A DNA stretch of 64,000 nucleotides from an uncultured Gemmatimonadaceae bacterium (GCA_963781585.1 CAWAGQ010000004.1:320001-384000); one strand, 5' to 3'. Shown: positions 1-9,805, counted from the stretch's first letter. Program-made: numbers and translations. The notes: generated by a model not told the origin, from the sequence alone.

Positions 1-1
1 C

Positions 2-289
2 GCGACGCCGAGGGGTCGCGATTTTGTCTCAGTCGTCGGGTGGCGCTGCGTCGTTCGATTGGTGAATGGCTCGCCCATCAGCGTTGCCAACCCGGAACCT
101 GACGTAGGGGACTTGTTCGCGGTGGAGGTCTATCAGCGCACCGAAGTTCCACCGGAATACATCCAGTGGAACTGGCGCGGATCGGTGCAAAGCGGAGCCC
201 GTGGCGGGGCGCGCCAGCCGAGGGGAGGGGGAGCGCATGGGCCGTGTACCCTGGTCAACTTCTGGACCAGGGACGCGAAGCGAAAGTGA
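2..289 (+). CDS. 3' end of a gene entering the window; possible plug-like C-terminal domain
   Basis: Frame is open from base 2 to the TGA ending at 289. The pattern C..VNG...AVEVY...EVPPEY...C..VNFWTR resembles C-terminal plug-like domains; recognised by eye only. Confidence 0.4.
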   Translation, partial: ATPRGRDFVSVVGWRCVVRLVNGSPISVANPEPDVGDLFAVEVYQRTEVPPEYIQWNWRGSVQSGARGGARQPRGGGAHGPCTLVNFWTRDAKRK

Positions 290-356
290 GCGGGTGCCGC
301 TCCACGACATCGATCTACCGTCGTTACCTTGTCGGGAGCACCACCGGGAGGGAGCC

Positions 357-781
357 TTGGAGCGAAATGCGTCGGCCGTCTGGTACGGCACGCTGCGGGA
401 AGGTCGAGGGGAGATGTCCGTGAAGAGCGGGGTTCTTCGCGACGCCCGATACACATTCGGCGCGCGCTTCGAATCGGCGCCCGGCACCAATCCGGAGGAA
501 CTGATCGGTGCGGCGCACGCGGGGTGCTTTTCGATGGCGTTTTCAGGCCAGCTCACGAATGCGGGGAATCCACCGGAGCGCGTGACGACGTACGCGACCG
601 TTACGCTGGAGAAGACGGACGCCGGCTTTACCGTCACGGGCATTCATCGGATACCGTTGCCAGGGTCCCAGGCATCAGCGAGGAGGCGTTTCAGGCGGCG
701 GCCACCAGGGCCGTGCAGACGTGTCCGATCTCGCGCCTGCTCAGCACGAAGGTCACCGTGACGGCGCGTCTCGAGGCATGA
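357..781 (+). pseudogene. osmC: OsmC family peroxiredoxin, frameshifted near 648-650 (real lesion or assembly error)
   Basis: TTG start after GGAGGGAG. The first frame reads RNASAVWYG...PGTNPEELIGAAHAGCFSMA. The C-terminal half (DTVARVPGISEEAFQ...TCPISRLL) is in another frame. CAT CG GAT is one base short of His-Leu-Asp. Confidence 0.85.
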
Positions 782-1869
782 CAGCGCAGTCCCGACACGC
801 GCCAGCTGCGAGGCGGCCGACAGAAGCGAAGCAGCGGTCGATCGCCGGAGTGAGTAACAGGCGCTGGCGAACGACGGTGCGCGAGCTGTCGATCGCGTTG
901 GTGGGCGCGATGGCGATTCCTCAGGTCGTACAGGGGCAACGCAAGTACACCGACGCGAGCGGACATCTGCGGGTTGCGCTGGCCCGGCAACCCTTCCTGC
1001 CGAACGGGACGTCGCCGGGACCGGCCACGATGGCCAGTGGCGGAATCCAGGATACCCTGGCGCGGCTCGGGGCCGTGGTGCGGGTGGCCGAGGCGGCGCT
1101 CACACCGGAGGAGAACACCGAGTACGGAGGCTGGAAGCGCCTCGGCATGGCGCTCGGCCACTTTGCCCGGATCGTCGCGCAGAACGAGCGCGACGGCTAC
1201 TTCACGGTCGGGCTGCTGGCGACCTGCCCATCGATGCCGGGTCTGGTGGCCGGACTGCAGCATTCCGGTCCCACCCCGGAGGCGATCCGGATCGGCATGC
1301 TCTGGCTCGACGCGCATCCGGATTTCAACACACCGGAGACGACGCGCAGCGGCTCGTTAGGCGGTATGCCGGTCGCGGTAGCCACCGGCCGGGCGCTGCA
1401 GCGGATGCGCATGGATGCCGGTCTCGATCCACCTCTGTCAGACCGCCACATCGTCATGGGCGGCGTACGCCTCATCGATCCGCTGGAGCGGGAGTTGCTC
1501 GACGACTCGTTCATCGAACAGCTGTCGGTCGACGATCTGCGTACCGGTTCGCCCGCGGTCTTCGCCCAGCTCGATCGCTTGAGTCGTCTCACCGACAAGA
1601 TCTACGTCCACATCGACATGGACGTCCTCGATCCGCGCGAGGTCTCGGGTCACCCCAACAAGGTTCCTGACGGCCCATCGAGCGAGCAGCTGGCGCGGCT
1701 CTTCGAGCAGATCTTCAGCCGATATCCGAAGACCGTTGCGATCGGCTTCGCCACGATTCCCGGCACCGATCCGGGCGGCCTGTCGATCGCGGCGGTGAAC
1801 CGCATGATCGCCGGCGCGGTGCGCGGCGTGATGGAGCGGGAGCGTCGCGACGGGGGCAAGAAGCCGTAG
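778..1869 (+). CDS. Arginase/ureohydrolase-fold protein, possibly exported
   Basis: Metal motifs WLDAHPDFNT and HIDMDVLDP. ATGA overlap with the osmC stop. Hydrophobic N-terminal segment; the true start may be downstream. Confidence 0.8.
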   Translation: MTAQSRHAPAARRPTEAKQRSIAGVSNRRWRTTVRELSIALVGAMAIPQVVQGQRKYTDASGHLRVALARQPFLPNGTSPGPATMASGGIQDTLARLGAVVRVAEAALTPEENTEYGGWKRLGMALGHFARIVAQNERDGYFTVGLLATCPSMPGLVAGLQHSGPTPEAIRIGMLWLDAHPDFNTPETTRSGSLGGMPVAVATGRALQRMRMDAGLDPPLSDRHIVMGGVRLIDPLERELLDDSFIEQLSVDDLRTGSPAVFAQLDRLSRLTDKIYVHIDMDVLDPREVSGHPNKVPDGPSSEQLARLFEQIFSRYPKTVAIGFATIPGTDPGGLSIAAVNRMIAGAVRGVMERERRDGGKKP

Positions 1870-1945
1870 GCCCTACGTCGGGTGAGTCGCCACCGCGGGC
1901 GACGCGCCGGGCGCCGAAGTACCGGGTCGCGGCTTACGCCGCGCG

Positions 1946-3388
1946 CTACAACTGCTTCACTTCGGTGATCAGGTCTGTCAGGCTCTTCTTCGCATCGCCG
2001 AACAGCATCGAGGTCTTGCGGTCGTAGAACAGGGCGTTGTCGATCCCCGCAAACCCGGCTGCCATCGACCGTTTCATGACGATGCAGCTCTTGGCGCGGT
2101 CGGCGTCGAGAATCGGCATGCCGTAGATCGGGCTGGACGGGTCGGTGCGCGCCGCGGGATTCACCACGTCGTTGGCGCCGATGACGAGGACGCAGTCGGT
2201 CGACGGGAAGGCTCCGTTCACTTCGTCCATGTCGTACAGCCTGTCGTAGGGCACGTTCGCCTCGGCCAGCAGCACGTTCATGTGGCCGGGCATGCGCCCG
2301 GCGACCGGGTGAATGGCGTACTTCACGTCCACCCCGCGCTTCTGGAGCAGTTCCGCCAGTTCCTGCACCTGATGCTGGGACTGCGCCACCGCCATTCCGT
2401 ACCCCGGCACGATGATCACGGAATTCGCGTACGCCAGTTGCACCGCGGCGTCGGGGGCGGAGATCGGCTTGACCGACAGTCCGGTGGCGCTCTGCACGAC
2501 CGCTGGTGCCGTCTGCCCGCCGAACGCGCCGAACAGGATGTTCGTGAACGGCCGGTTCATCGCCTTGCTCATCAGTACCGAGAGGATGAAGCCGGACGAC
2601 CCGTCGAGCGCGCCGGACAGAATGAGCACGTTGTTGCCGATCGCGAAGCCGGTGGCCGCCGCCGCCAGCCCGGCGTAGGAGTTGAGCAGCGCGATGACCA
2701 CTGGCATGTCCGCGCCGCCGATCGGAATCACCATCAGCACGCCCAGCAGGAAGGCGACCCCGATCATGGTGAAGAAGAGCACGGTGTTGGACGGGTCGTA
2801 GATCAGATACCCGTAGCACCCGAGCGCCACCACGAACAGCAACGCGTTGGAGGCGTTCTGCCCGGGATAGGTGACCGCCCGGCCGGTGATGAACTCCTGC
2901 AGCTTGCCGAACGCCATGAACGCGCCGGTGACCGTCAGGGCCCCCAGCAGCACCTCGAACCCGACCGCCGCCATCCGGGCATGGGAGAGCGCCACGCCGC
3001 CCGGATCGTGCCAGGCGTTCCAGAACTCGGCTACTCCCACCAGCGTCGACGCCAGGGCGCCGAACATGAGCGCGAACGCGATCCGTTGCGGCATGGCCGT
3101 CATCGGCACCCACATGCCTAACGGGTATCCGATGAGACCGCCCAGGATGAGCCCGATCGCGATCCACCGATAGGTGATGACGTCGTGCTGCAGCAGGGTG
3201 CCGATGATCGCGAACAGCATCCCGACGGCGGCCAGCTGCATGCCGCGGCGCGCCTGGTCGGGCCGCGAGAGGCTCCGAATGCCCAGAATGAAGAGGGCCG
3301 ACGCGACCAGGTAGATGCCCTGAATCGCCAGCTCGCGACGAGGGTCGGCGATCGCCGACTGCGCGGCCACCAGCGCGGCCGCGCTCAC
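1946..3388 (-). CDS. pntB: NAD(P) transhydrogenase beta subunit, copy 2
   Basis: GGADMPVV, VPGYGMAVAQ, HPVAGRMPGHMNVLLAEA, GANDVVNP. GTGA overlap with the upstream pntA2 stop. Confidence 0.95.
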   Translation of the reverse strand: MSAAALVAAQSAIADPRRELAIQGIYLVASALFILGIRSLSRPDQARRGMQLAAVGMLFAIIGTLLQHDVITYRWIAIGLILGGLIGYPLGMWVPMTAMPQRIAFALMFGALASTLVGVAEFWNAWHDPGGVALSHARMAAVGFEVLLGALTVTGAFMAFGKLQEFITGRAVTYPGQNASNALLFVVALGCYGYLIYDPSNTVLFFTMIGVAFLLGVLMVIPIGGADMPVVIALLNSYAGLAAAATGFAIGNNVLILSGALDGSSGFILSVLMSKAMNRPFTNILFGAFGGQTAPAVVQSATGLSVKPISAPDAAVQLAYANSVIIVPGYGMAVAQSQHQVQELAELLQKRGVDVKYAIHPVAGRMPGHMNVLLAEANVPYDRLYDMDEVNGAFPSTDCVLVIGANDVVNPAARTDPSSPIYGMPILDADRAKSCIVMKRSMAAGFAGIDNALFYDRKTSMLFGDAKKSLTDLITEVKQL

Positions 3389-3696
3389 GGCGCGGACTTC
3401 CCGCTCGACCTGCGGTCTCCGCGCTTGAACATCTTCAGCATGCGGTCGGTGATGAGGAATCCGCCCACCACGTTCGACATCGCGCACACCACCGCGACCG
3501 TGCCGAGAACCGTGGCGACCGTTCCGTGCTTCCCGCCCGCAGCGACGATCGACCCGACGAGCGAAATGCCGGAAATGGCGTTGGTCGCGGCCATCAGCGG
3601 CGTGTGGAGGAGCGGCGGCACCCGCGAGATGATCTGGTACCCGAGAAAGGCCGCCAGAAGGAACACGTACGCCTGGATGACGGTTGTGCTGATCAT
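3385..3696 (-). CDS. pntA2: NAD(P) transhydrogenase alpha subunit part 2 (membrane), copy 2
   Basis: VPPLLHTPLMAATNAISG and NVVGGFLITDRMLKMF. Confidence 0.93.
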   Translation of the reverse strand: MISTTVIQAYVFLLAAFLGYQIISRVPPLLHTPLMAATNAISGISLVGSIVAAGGKHGTVATVLGTVAVVCAMSNVVGGFLITDRMLKMFKRGDRRSSGKSAP

Positions 3697-3763
3697 GCGA
3701 GGGAGCGGGTCGGAGGTCGCAGGGCAGGGGACGGAGCGTGGGGACGCGCGTTCGGGGGCACGA

Positions 3764-5152
3764 TCACAGCTGCTTGATTTCCGAAATCAGTTTCGAGAGG
3801 CTCTGTTTCGCATCGCCGAACAGCATCGACGTTCTGGGTGCGTAGAACAATTCATTCTCGATGCCGGCAAAGCCGGCCGCCATGGAGCGCTTGAGGACAA
3901 TGCAGCTCTTCGCCTTGTCCACATCGAGAATCGGCATGCCGTAGATGGGACTTGACGGGTCGTTCCGCGCCGCCGGGTTGACCACGTCGTTGGCGCCGAT
4001 CACGACCGCAACGTCACAATGCGGAAACTCGTCGTTCACGTCCTCCATGGCCCGCAGCTTGTCGTATGGCACGTTGGCCTCGGCCAGCAGGACGTTCATG
4101 TGGCCCGGCATGCGGCCGGCGACCGGATGGATGGCGTACATGACATCGCCGCCGTGCTTCTCGATCAGCTCGGCCAGTTCGCGCACCTGATGCTGGGCCT
4201 GCGCCACGGCCATTCCGTACCCGGGGACGATGATGACCTTGGGTGCGTATGCGAGCTGGATCGCCGCATCCTCGGGTGTGATCGACTTGGCGGTGAGCCC
4301 GGCGACGCTCTTGCCCGAAGTCTGCGTACCGCCAAATGCCCCGAACAGCACGTTGGTCAGCGACCGATTCATCGCCCGGCACATGATCTGCGAGAGAATG
4401 ATTCCCGACGATCCCACGAGCGCGCCGGAGATGATCAGCACGTCATTCCGGATCACGAATCCCGTCATCGCGCCGGCGATGCCGGAGTAGGAGTTCAGGA
4501 GCGAGATCACGACCGGCATGTCGGCGCCGCCGATCGGAATCACAAGAAGCACGCCGAGTGCCAGGGCAGATGCGGTGACCGCAACGGCCGGCCAGGTGAC
4601 ACCGGCGGGCGAAACGACCTGCCACGCTCCCAGCCCCAGAATGGCGACGAACAGAAGCGCATTGAGAACCTTCTGTCCCGGGTAGGTGATGGGGCGGCCG
4701 GTCAGCACTTCCTGCAGCTTCGCCCAGGCGATCAGGCTGCCCGAGAAGGTCACCGCGCCGATGAGGAGCGACAACTCGATGGTGATGCCGGTGTCGAGCG
4801 GCAGCGACTGGCCGGCCGTTCCCGACTTCTGCAATTCCGCCATGCCGACCAGCAGCGACGCGCCGCCGCCGAAGCCATTGAGCAGCGCAACCATCTGCGG
4901 CATGGAGGTCATCTTCACCGCCATCGCCATCCAGTAACCCAGCGAGCCTCCCACCACGACGCCCGCAATCATCTGCACCGGCGACAGGATCTCGAAGATC
5001 ACGACCGTGGTGACGATCGCGAGCAGCATGCCGAGGCCCGAGATGGCGTTCCCCGAACGGGCGGTGGCCGGACTCTGCAGCCTCCTGAGGCCGGTGATGA
5101 ACAGGATCGCCGACACGAGGTACAGCAGCCGGACGATCGGAGCCGGAATCAC
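3764..5152 (-). CDS. pntB: NAD(P) transhydrogenase beta subunit, copy 1
   Basis: MPQMVALLNGFGG, GGADMPVVISLLNSYSG, CRAMNRS and the NADP-binding domain III motifs. Confidence 0.95.
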   Translation of the reverse strand: MIPAPIVRLLYLVSAILFITGLRRLQSPATARSGNAISGLGMLLAIVTTVVIFEILSPVQMIAGVVVGGSLGYWMAMAVKMTSMPQMVALLNGFGGGASLLVGMAELQKSGTAGQSLPLDTGITIELSLLIGAVTFSGSLIAWAKLQEVLTGRPITYPGQKVLNALLFVAILGLGAWQVVSPAGVTWPAVAVTASALALGVLLVIPIGGADMPVVISLLNSYSGIAGAMTGFVIRNDVLIISGALVGSSGIILSQIMCRAMNRSLTNVLFGAFGGTQTSGKSVAGLTAKSITPEDAAIQLAYAPKVIIVPGYGMAVAQAQHQVRELAELIEKHGGDVMYAIHPVAGRMPGHMNVLLAEANVPYDKLRAMEDVNDEFPHCDVAVVIGANDVVNPAARNDPSSPIYGMPILDVDKAKSCIVLKRSMAAGFAGIENELFYAPRTSMLFGDAKQSLSKLISEIKQL

Positions 5153-5436
5153 TTCCTGTCCCCGCGCGAGAACATCTTCAGCATCCGGTTGGTGACGGCG
5201 TAGCCACCGACCACGTTGATCATCGCGAACACCACCGCCGCGAACCCCAGCACGGTCGAGATCCAGCCCAGCCCCGAGCCTGCGACCACCAGGGCACCAA
5301 CGATCGTGATCCCGGAGATGGCGTTTGCGCCCGACATGAGGGGCGTGTGCAGCGTTGGCGGCACCCGGCCAATCAGTTCTGCGCCCAGGTAGGTCGCGAG
5401 GACGAAGATGACGATGCCGGTGATCAGCGTGTCCAT
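5149..5436 (-). CDS. pntA2: NAD(P) transhydrogenase alpha subunit part 2 (membrane), copy 1
   Basis: VPPTLHTPLMSGANAISG and NVVGGYAVTNRMLKMF. Confidence 0.93.
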   Translation of the reverse strand: MDTLITGIVIFVLATYLGAELIGRVPPTLHTPLMSGANAISGITIVGALVVAGSGLGWISTVLGFAAVVFAMINVVGGYAVTNRMLKMFSRGDRK

Positions 5437-5577
5437 GAGCGCGGATCCGGGTTGAGGGTCACACTACAGGCATCGGACGAGGCGAGCAGCGGCCGCCGCG
5501 CGGGCACGGCGCGGCACGGCGCGGTGGCCCTCGAGTGGTCGCAGCTCGTGCGCGCGGTGCACGAGGCGAGGTGGTGA

Positions 5578-6675
5578 TCAGACACGAACCGCGCCAGCGT
5601 GCACGACACACATTGGCCCGGCGATCTCATCCTCGAGGCTGAGGGTGATGGTCCCGTCCTTGAGGAGGTGCTGCAGCAGCGTCAGGCAGTTCTTGCTGAA
5701 CATCAGGCTGGCGTGGAAGGGCACGGAGCTGGGCAGATTGGCCGCTCCCACGATCGTCACGCCGTTCGACTCCACGACCTCGTCCGCCCGGGTGAGCTCG
5801 CAGTTGCCCCCCTGCTCGGCGGCCAGGTCCACGATCACCGAGCCCGGACGCATGGAGGCGACCATGCCGGCGGTGATGAGGCGCGGTGCCGCCCGTCCCG
5901 GGATCTGCGCGGTGGTGATGACGAGGTCCTGGTCCTTGATGTGTTTCCCGATCGCGTCGAGCGTGCGCTGGTGCTCGTCGTCGCTCTGCGCGCGGGCGTA
6001 TCCCCCCGCCGCTTCGGCGTCGGCCTGCGGTTCCGGACCCACGAACGTGGCGCCTAACGACATCACCTGTTCCCGGGCGGCGGCACGGATATCGAATCCG
6101 GAGACCACCGCGCCGAGCCGGCGGGCGGTCGCGATCGCCATCAAACCGGCCACTCCGGCCCCGATGACGAATGTCTTGGCCGGAGGGATGTTGCCGGCGG
6201 CCGTGGTGAGCATGGGGAGCAGCTTCGCCGCGTGCTCGGCCGCCAGCAGCACCGCCTTGTAGCCGGCGATGGTCGCCTGGGACGACAGAATGTCCATCGA
6301 CTGCGCCCGGGTGATGCGTGGGACGCGCTCGAGCGCGAGCGCGGAGACGTTGCCCTGCGCGAGTACCTGGAGGAGATCCGCGCTCGTGGCGGCGGGTAGC
6401 AGCGAGATGAGGAGGGCCCCCGACCGGATCCGCCGGGCCTCCGCCAGCGACGGCTTCTGCACCTTGACCACGACGTCGGCGCTGAACGCGTCTCCGGGAT
6501 CACCGAGTCCGGCGCCGGCTTCCGCGTAGGCCGCGTCGGGGAAGTACGCCGGCACGCCGGCCCCCCGCTCCACGACCACCTCCACGCCCGCCTTCACGAG
6601 GCGTCCTGCGCTCTCCGGCGCGACGGCCACGCGCCGTTCTCCTGCGGCCGTTTCCTTCGGGACTCCGATGCGCAT
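5578..6675 (-). CDS. pntA1: NAD(P) transhydrogenase alpha subunit part 1 (soluble NAD-binding dI)
   Basis: MRIGVPKE..GERRVA, RITRAQSMDILSSQ, GAGVAGL and GGNCELT. Confidence 0.95.
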   Translation of the reverse strand: MRIGVPKETAAGERRVAVAPESAGRLVKAGVEVVVERGAGVPAYFPDAAYAEAGAGLGDPGDAFSADVVVKVQKPSLAEARRIRSGALLISLLPAATSADLLQVLAQGNVSALALERVPRITRAQSMDILSSQATIAGYKAVLLAAEHAAKLLPMLTTAAGNIPPAKTFVIGAGVAGLMAIATARRLGAVVSGFDIRAAAREQVMSLGATFVGPEPQADAEAAGGYARAQSDDEHQRTLDAIGKHIKDQDLVITTAQIPGRAAPRLITAGMVASMRPGSVIVDLAAEQGGNCELTRADEVVESNGVTIVGAANLPSSVPFHASLMFSKNCLTLLQHLLKDGTITLSLEDEIAGPMCVVHAGAVRV

Positions 6676-6776
6676 TCCTGTAGACTCCGGTCAAAAAGCC
6701 CGGGAAGGTTGAACGAAGGGAAGGGGGGATTCAAGGGAGAGAATGCCGACTCTCCGGCGAGGCGTTCCCCGGCGGC

Positions 6777-9731
6777 TCATGGCCGGTAGGCGGCCGTCAC
6801 CCACAGCCTCGCCTTGTGGCGATACGGTGCGTCCAGCGAATACGAGGCCCCCGCACTCGCGCGGACCTGTGGCAGCCGGGCGAAACCTAACGCTTCCGAT
6901 GCAAACGAGCGTTCCACGCCGACCACGCGCTTCCAGTGCTCGAGCGCATCGCCGGCCGCCAGCCAGGTGGCAAACGGCTCGACCGGCCACATTCCCGGAA
7001 TCGACAGGCGGTAGAGACCCATCCGCCTGCCCCCGAGGAAACCGATGGGCACCCCGGGCACCGGCAGCTGCTGCGATACGAATGCCCGGTCGAAATACGG
7101 CACGTCGGCGCCGCCCACCACGAACTGCTCGAACGCGCGCCCGCCGCGTGAATCGCCCCCCGTGGCGGCGTCCACCGCACCCACGCTCGCTTCCGCGCGA
7201 AGCGCCACGGCCTGTGTGCCGGCCACCGCGCCAACGGCCATGATGGTGCGATTCCACCGCTCGGCCCCAGTCGTGCCTCCGCTGCCCTGAAGCGAGACAC
7301 CCACGGCGAGCACCCGCGTCCCGACCGACAGGTTGGCCTGTGCCCGTGCTTCGCCGAATCCGAGCACGCGCCGATTGTCCTGCGCCGGCACGGAGCCTAC
7401 CGCCCCCAGGCTGCCCCCGGCGCGCAACGAGTAGCTGATCGCGCTGAAGTCGCGGTCGAAGCGCGCGACGATCCCCGATCCCACGTACTCGCCGTCGAAC
7501 GGCAACCGTGGCGTGGCCTCGCCGGCCGGTGCGCGCCGGTTCGTGTACCACGCGGCACCTTCGAACACGACGGGCAGCCGCCGAAAGGCGGCGCTCAGCG
7601 ATCCACCACGCCAGGTGCCCGCTTCCCCGTATCCGCCCTGTGCCACGACGCTCAACCTGGCGATTGGGTCGATGTTGGCGACCATGAGCGTGGCCAGCGC
7701 GCCATCGGTGGTCAGCTGTTCGCCCGGCAGGATCCGCCACCGTCGCGGACCCAACCCATAGGCGTGTGGAGGAGAAATGGTCGTCGCGGTGAATGCCGGC
7801 CTCGTCGTATCTGGTCGCGGCGGAGCAGCCGGCGAGAGTTCGGGGTCGAGGGCGACCACGTCCCGCGCGCTGGTCGCGGAGTCGATGGGGAGCCGTCGCA
7901 AGTCGTATCCCTTCGCGTGCAGCGCCAGGAAATACACCAGATTGTCGGCGCGACTCACGTCAGGCGCCAACGCGGCACCGGTCACCCGTGTGAGCGTCGT
8001 GGCCCGGGCGTTGTCGATCTGCAGTCGTTCGAGGTTCGCGATGCCGCCGCGTTCGCTCACTTCCACCACGGCTTCGCCACTGGCGGTCCAGCTTGGCGCG
8101 TATCGCGACGCGCCATCTCCCGGGTCGACCAGGTGCACATCGCGCGTGACCGGGTCGACAATGGCGATGACCCAGCGCCCATTGATGTGATAGCTCGCGG
8201 CGACGCGGCGTCCGTCGGGCGACCACCGCGGCCGATACCAGGCATCGTTCACGTGCGCGGCAACCAGCGTGTGCCACGCGCCCGTCGCGAGATCGACCGT
8301 AACGAGACCACAGCGTCCGTCGGCGCAGCGTACTCCCGCAGCCGACTTGCCGTCGGGAGACGGATCGGCGTGATGGATGCCGGCGCCGTACGTGACGCGC
8401 CGCAGCGCGCCCGTCCGGGAGTTCCAGAGAAAGAGGTCGGGTCGCGAGGCGCCGTCGCCGATCGGCTCCTCGCGATTCACCAGGAGATGCACGTTGTCCG
8501 GGAGCCAACGCGGAAGGTCGTGCGACCGTCCGGCAAATGGCAGCAGTGTGGCGATGGCCCGCCGCGGCGGAGGAAAGGAGTCGGTCGCCGGCACGTCGAG
8601 TGAGTCCAGACGGAGCAGGCGGGCCCGTCGCGCGGCCGCCAACGAGTCGGCGTTGTCGTTCCCCGTGCGCCAGACGACGAGTCGCGACGGCGCGGTGGAA
8701 GAACGAAGAACCACCGCCATCAGCTTTCCGTCGGGCGAGACGGCGGGTTCTCCTGTTGCCCAGTACAACCTCTGTACCAGCTCTCCCTCGACCAGCCCGG
8801 CCTCCTTCAAGCGCCGGTCGATCTCGAGCGATTTGGCGATCACTTCGACGGAGAACCTGCCGTACATGTCGTCAGGCGGCGCCCCGAACACTCCCGCGAA
8901 CGCGGACCCGAAGCTCCGCCGCTGGCGCGCACTCATCCGCCGCCACAGGTAGACGAGGCTGGAGTCCCCCTTGGCCGACCGCAGCCAATCGAGAAATGCG
9001 GAACCCACGAGGTACCGCATGCTTCCGCCCAGAAACGGACTGCTCAGGTCGAGTTGGGAATAGATCGGCAGTTTTCCCTCCAGTGCCCACTGGCGAAGTA
9101 CGGCAGCGCGCCCAACGGAGCTGGGCCGGCCGTCGCCGGTGAGGTCGCCTTCGATGAGCGTGGCGTACCCTTCGATGACCCACTCCGGTGCCTTGCGAGC
9201 CACCGGTCCGATCTGTTCGGGCAGGAAGCGCCACAGCAGGCGCTCGGCGGGATTGCGCGATGGGAAGGTGAGGTGCGCGATGTGCGCGTACTCGTGAACG
9301 GCGAGCGCTTCTCCCCATTCCCGGTACGCACCAAACGAAGGCGACGGTGCCGGGGGCGTGGGCCAGAGGAACATCAATGGTCCTTCGAGAAACGGCAGCG
9401 CAAACCCGTTCGAGACGCTCGATGGATCCTCCACGAGCACCGTCACGCGCGTCCCGGGCACGTTCCCCACCGCGGCGTTCACGCTGGACGCGACGGACTC
9501 CATGCGCTGTGCCACGTCGACCGCCCAGTCGCGCATGGAGGACGGGAAGTGAAATGTGAAATGCGCTGTCTGAACCGTCTGCCACGGATGCGACGGCCGC
9601 GTGAGATACTGCGGCAGTGCTCTCGCCGAAATGGTGGTGAGGAAGACCGCCGACGCCACGGCGCGCCGGTACCAGCGCGCGGCCTCGCGCTCCCGCCCGC
9701 GGACGTTCAGGCGCTCACCGCCGTCAGGCAC
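6777..9731 (-). CDS. Large exported protein: HEXXH metallopeptidase-like domain, PD40/TolB-like propeller and probable C-terminal beta-barrel
   Basis: HEYAH...PEWVIEGYAT; repeats PAVSPDGK, PSPDGK, PRWSPDGR, PSWTASG; alternating beta-strands at the C-terminus. Start uncertain (about 9660-9779). Confidence 0.7.
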   Translation of the reverse strand: MPDGGERLNVRGREREAARWYRRAVASAVFLTTISARALPQYLTRPSHPWQTVQTAHFTFHFPSSMRDWAVDVAQRMESVASSVNAAVGNVPGTRVTVLVEDPSSVSNGFALPFLEGPLMFLWPTPPAPSPSFGAYREWGEALAVHEYAHIAHLTFPSRNPAERLLWRFLPEQIGPVARKAPEWVIEGYATLIEGDLTGDGRPSSVGRAAVLRQWALEGKLPIYSQLDLSSPFLGGSMRYLVGSAFLDWLRSAKGDSSLVYLWRRMSARQRRSFGSAFAGVFGAPPDDMYGRFSVEVIAKSLEIDRRLKEAGLVEGELVQRLYWATGEPAVSPDGKLMAVVLRSSTAPSRLVVWRTGNDNADSLAAARRARLLRLDSLDVPATDSFPPPRRAIATLLPFAGRSHDLPRWLPDNVHLLVNREEPIGDGASRPDLFLWNSRTGALRRVTYGAGIHHADPSPDGKSAAGVRCADGRCGLVTVDLATGAWHTLVAAHVNDAWYRPRWSPDGRRVAASYHINGRWVIAIVDPVTRDVHLVDPGDGASRYAPSWTASGEAVVEVSERGGIANLERLQIDNARATTLTRVTGAALAPDVSRADNLVYFLALHAKGYDLRRLPIDSATSARDVVALDPELSPAAPPRPDTTRPAFTATTISPPHAYGLGPRRWRILPGEQLTTDGALATLMVANIDPIARLSVVAQGGYGEAGTWRGGSLSAAFRRLPVVFEGAAWYTNRRAPAGEATPRLPFDGEYVGSGIVARFDRDFSAISYSLRAGGSLGAVGSVPAQDNRRVLGFGEARAQANLSVGTRVLAVGVSLQGSGGTTGAERWNRTIMAVGAVAGTQAVALRAEASVGAVDAATGGDSRGGRAFEQFVVGGADVPYFDRAFVSQQLPVPGVPIGFLGGRRMGLYRLSIPGMWPVEPFATWLAAGDALEHWKRVVGVERSFASEALGFARLPQVRASAGASYSLDAPYRHKARLWVTAAYRP

Positions 9732-9777
9732 AGTACCACGAACCGCGATGCCGACTCCCCGGTGCCGCCGAGGCGGC

Positions 9778-9805
9778 AAAAAAAACGATGGCCGTCGCCA
9801 TCGTT
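9778..9805 (-). terminator. Intrinsic terminator on the minus strand
   Basis: On the + strand: A8, then CGATGGC-CGTC-GCCATCG. This reads as a hairpin followed by U8 on the minus strand. Confidence 0.75.

Noticed and set aside
5495..5570. Short GGCACGGCGC tandem and a hairpin between pntA1 and pntA2
   Set aside because: Only two units of GC-rich sequence, not seen elsewhere in the window, so no support for a repeat family or CRISPR.
9763..9785. Plus-strand terminator at TGCCGCC-GA-GGCGGCA
   Set aside because: It is followed by As rather than Ts; the A-tract belongs to the adjacent minus-strand terminator.
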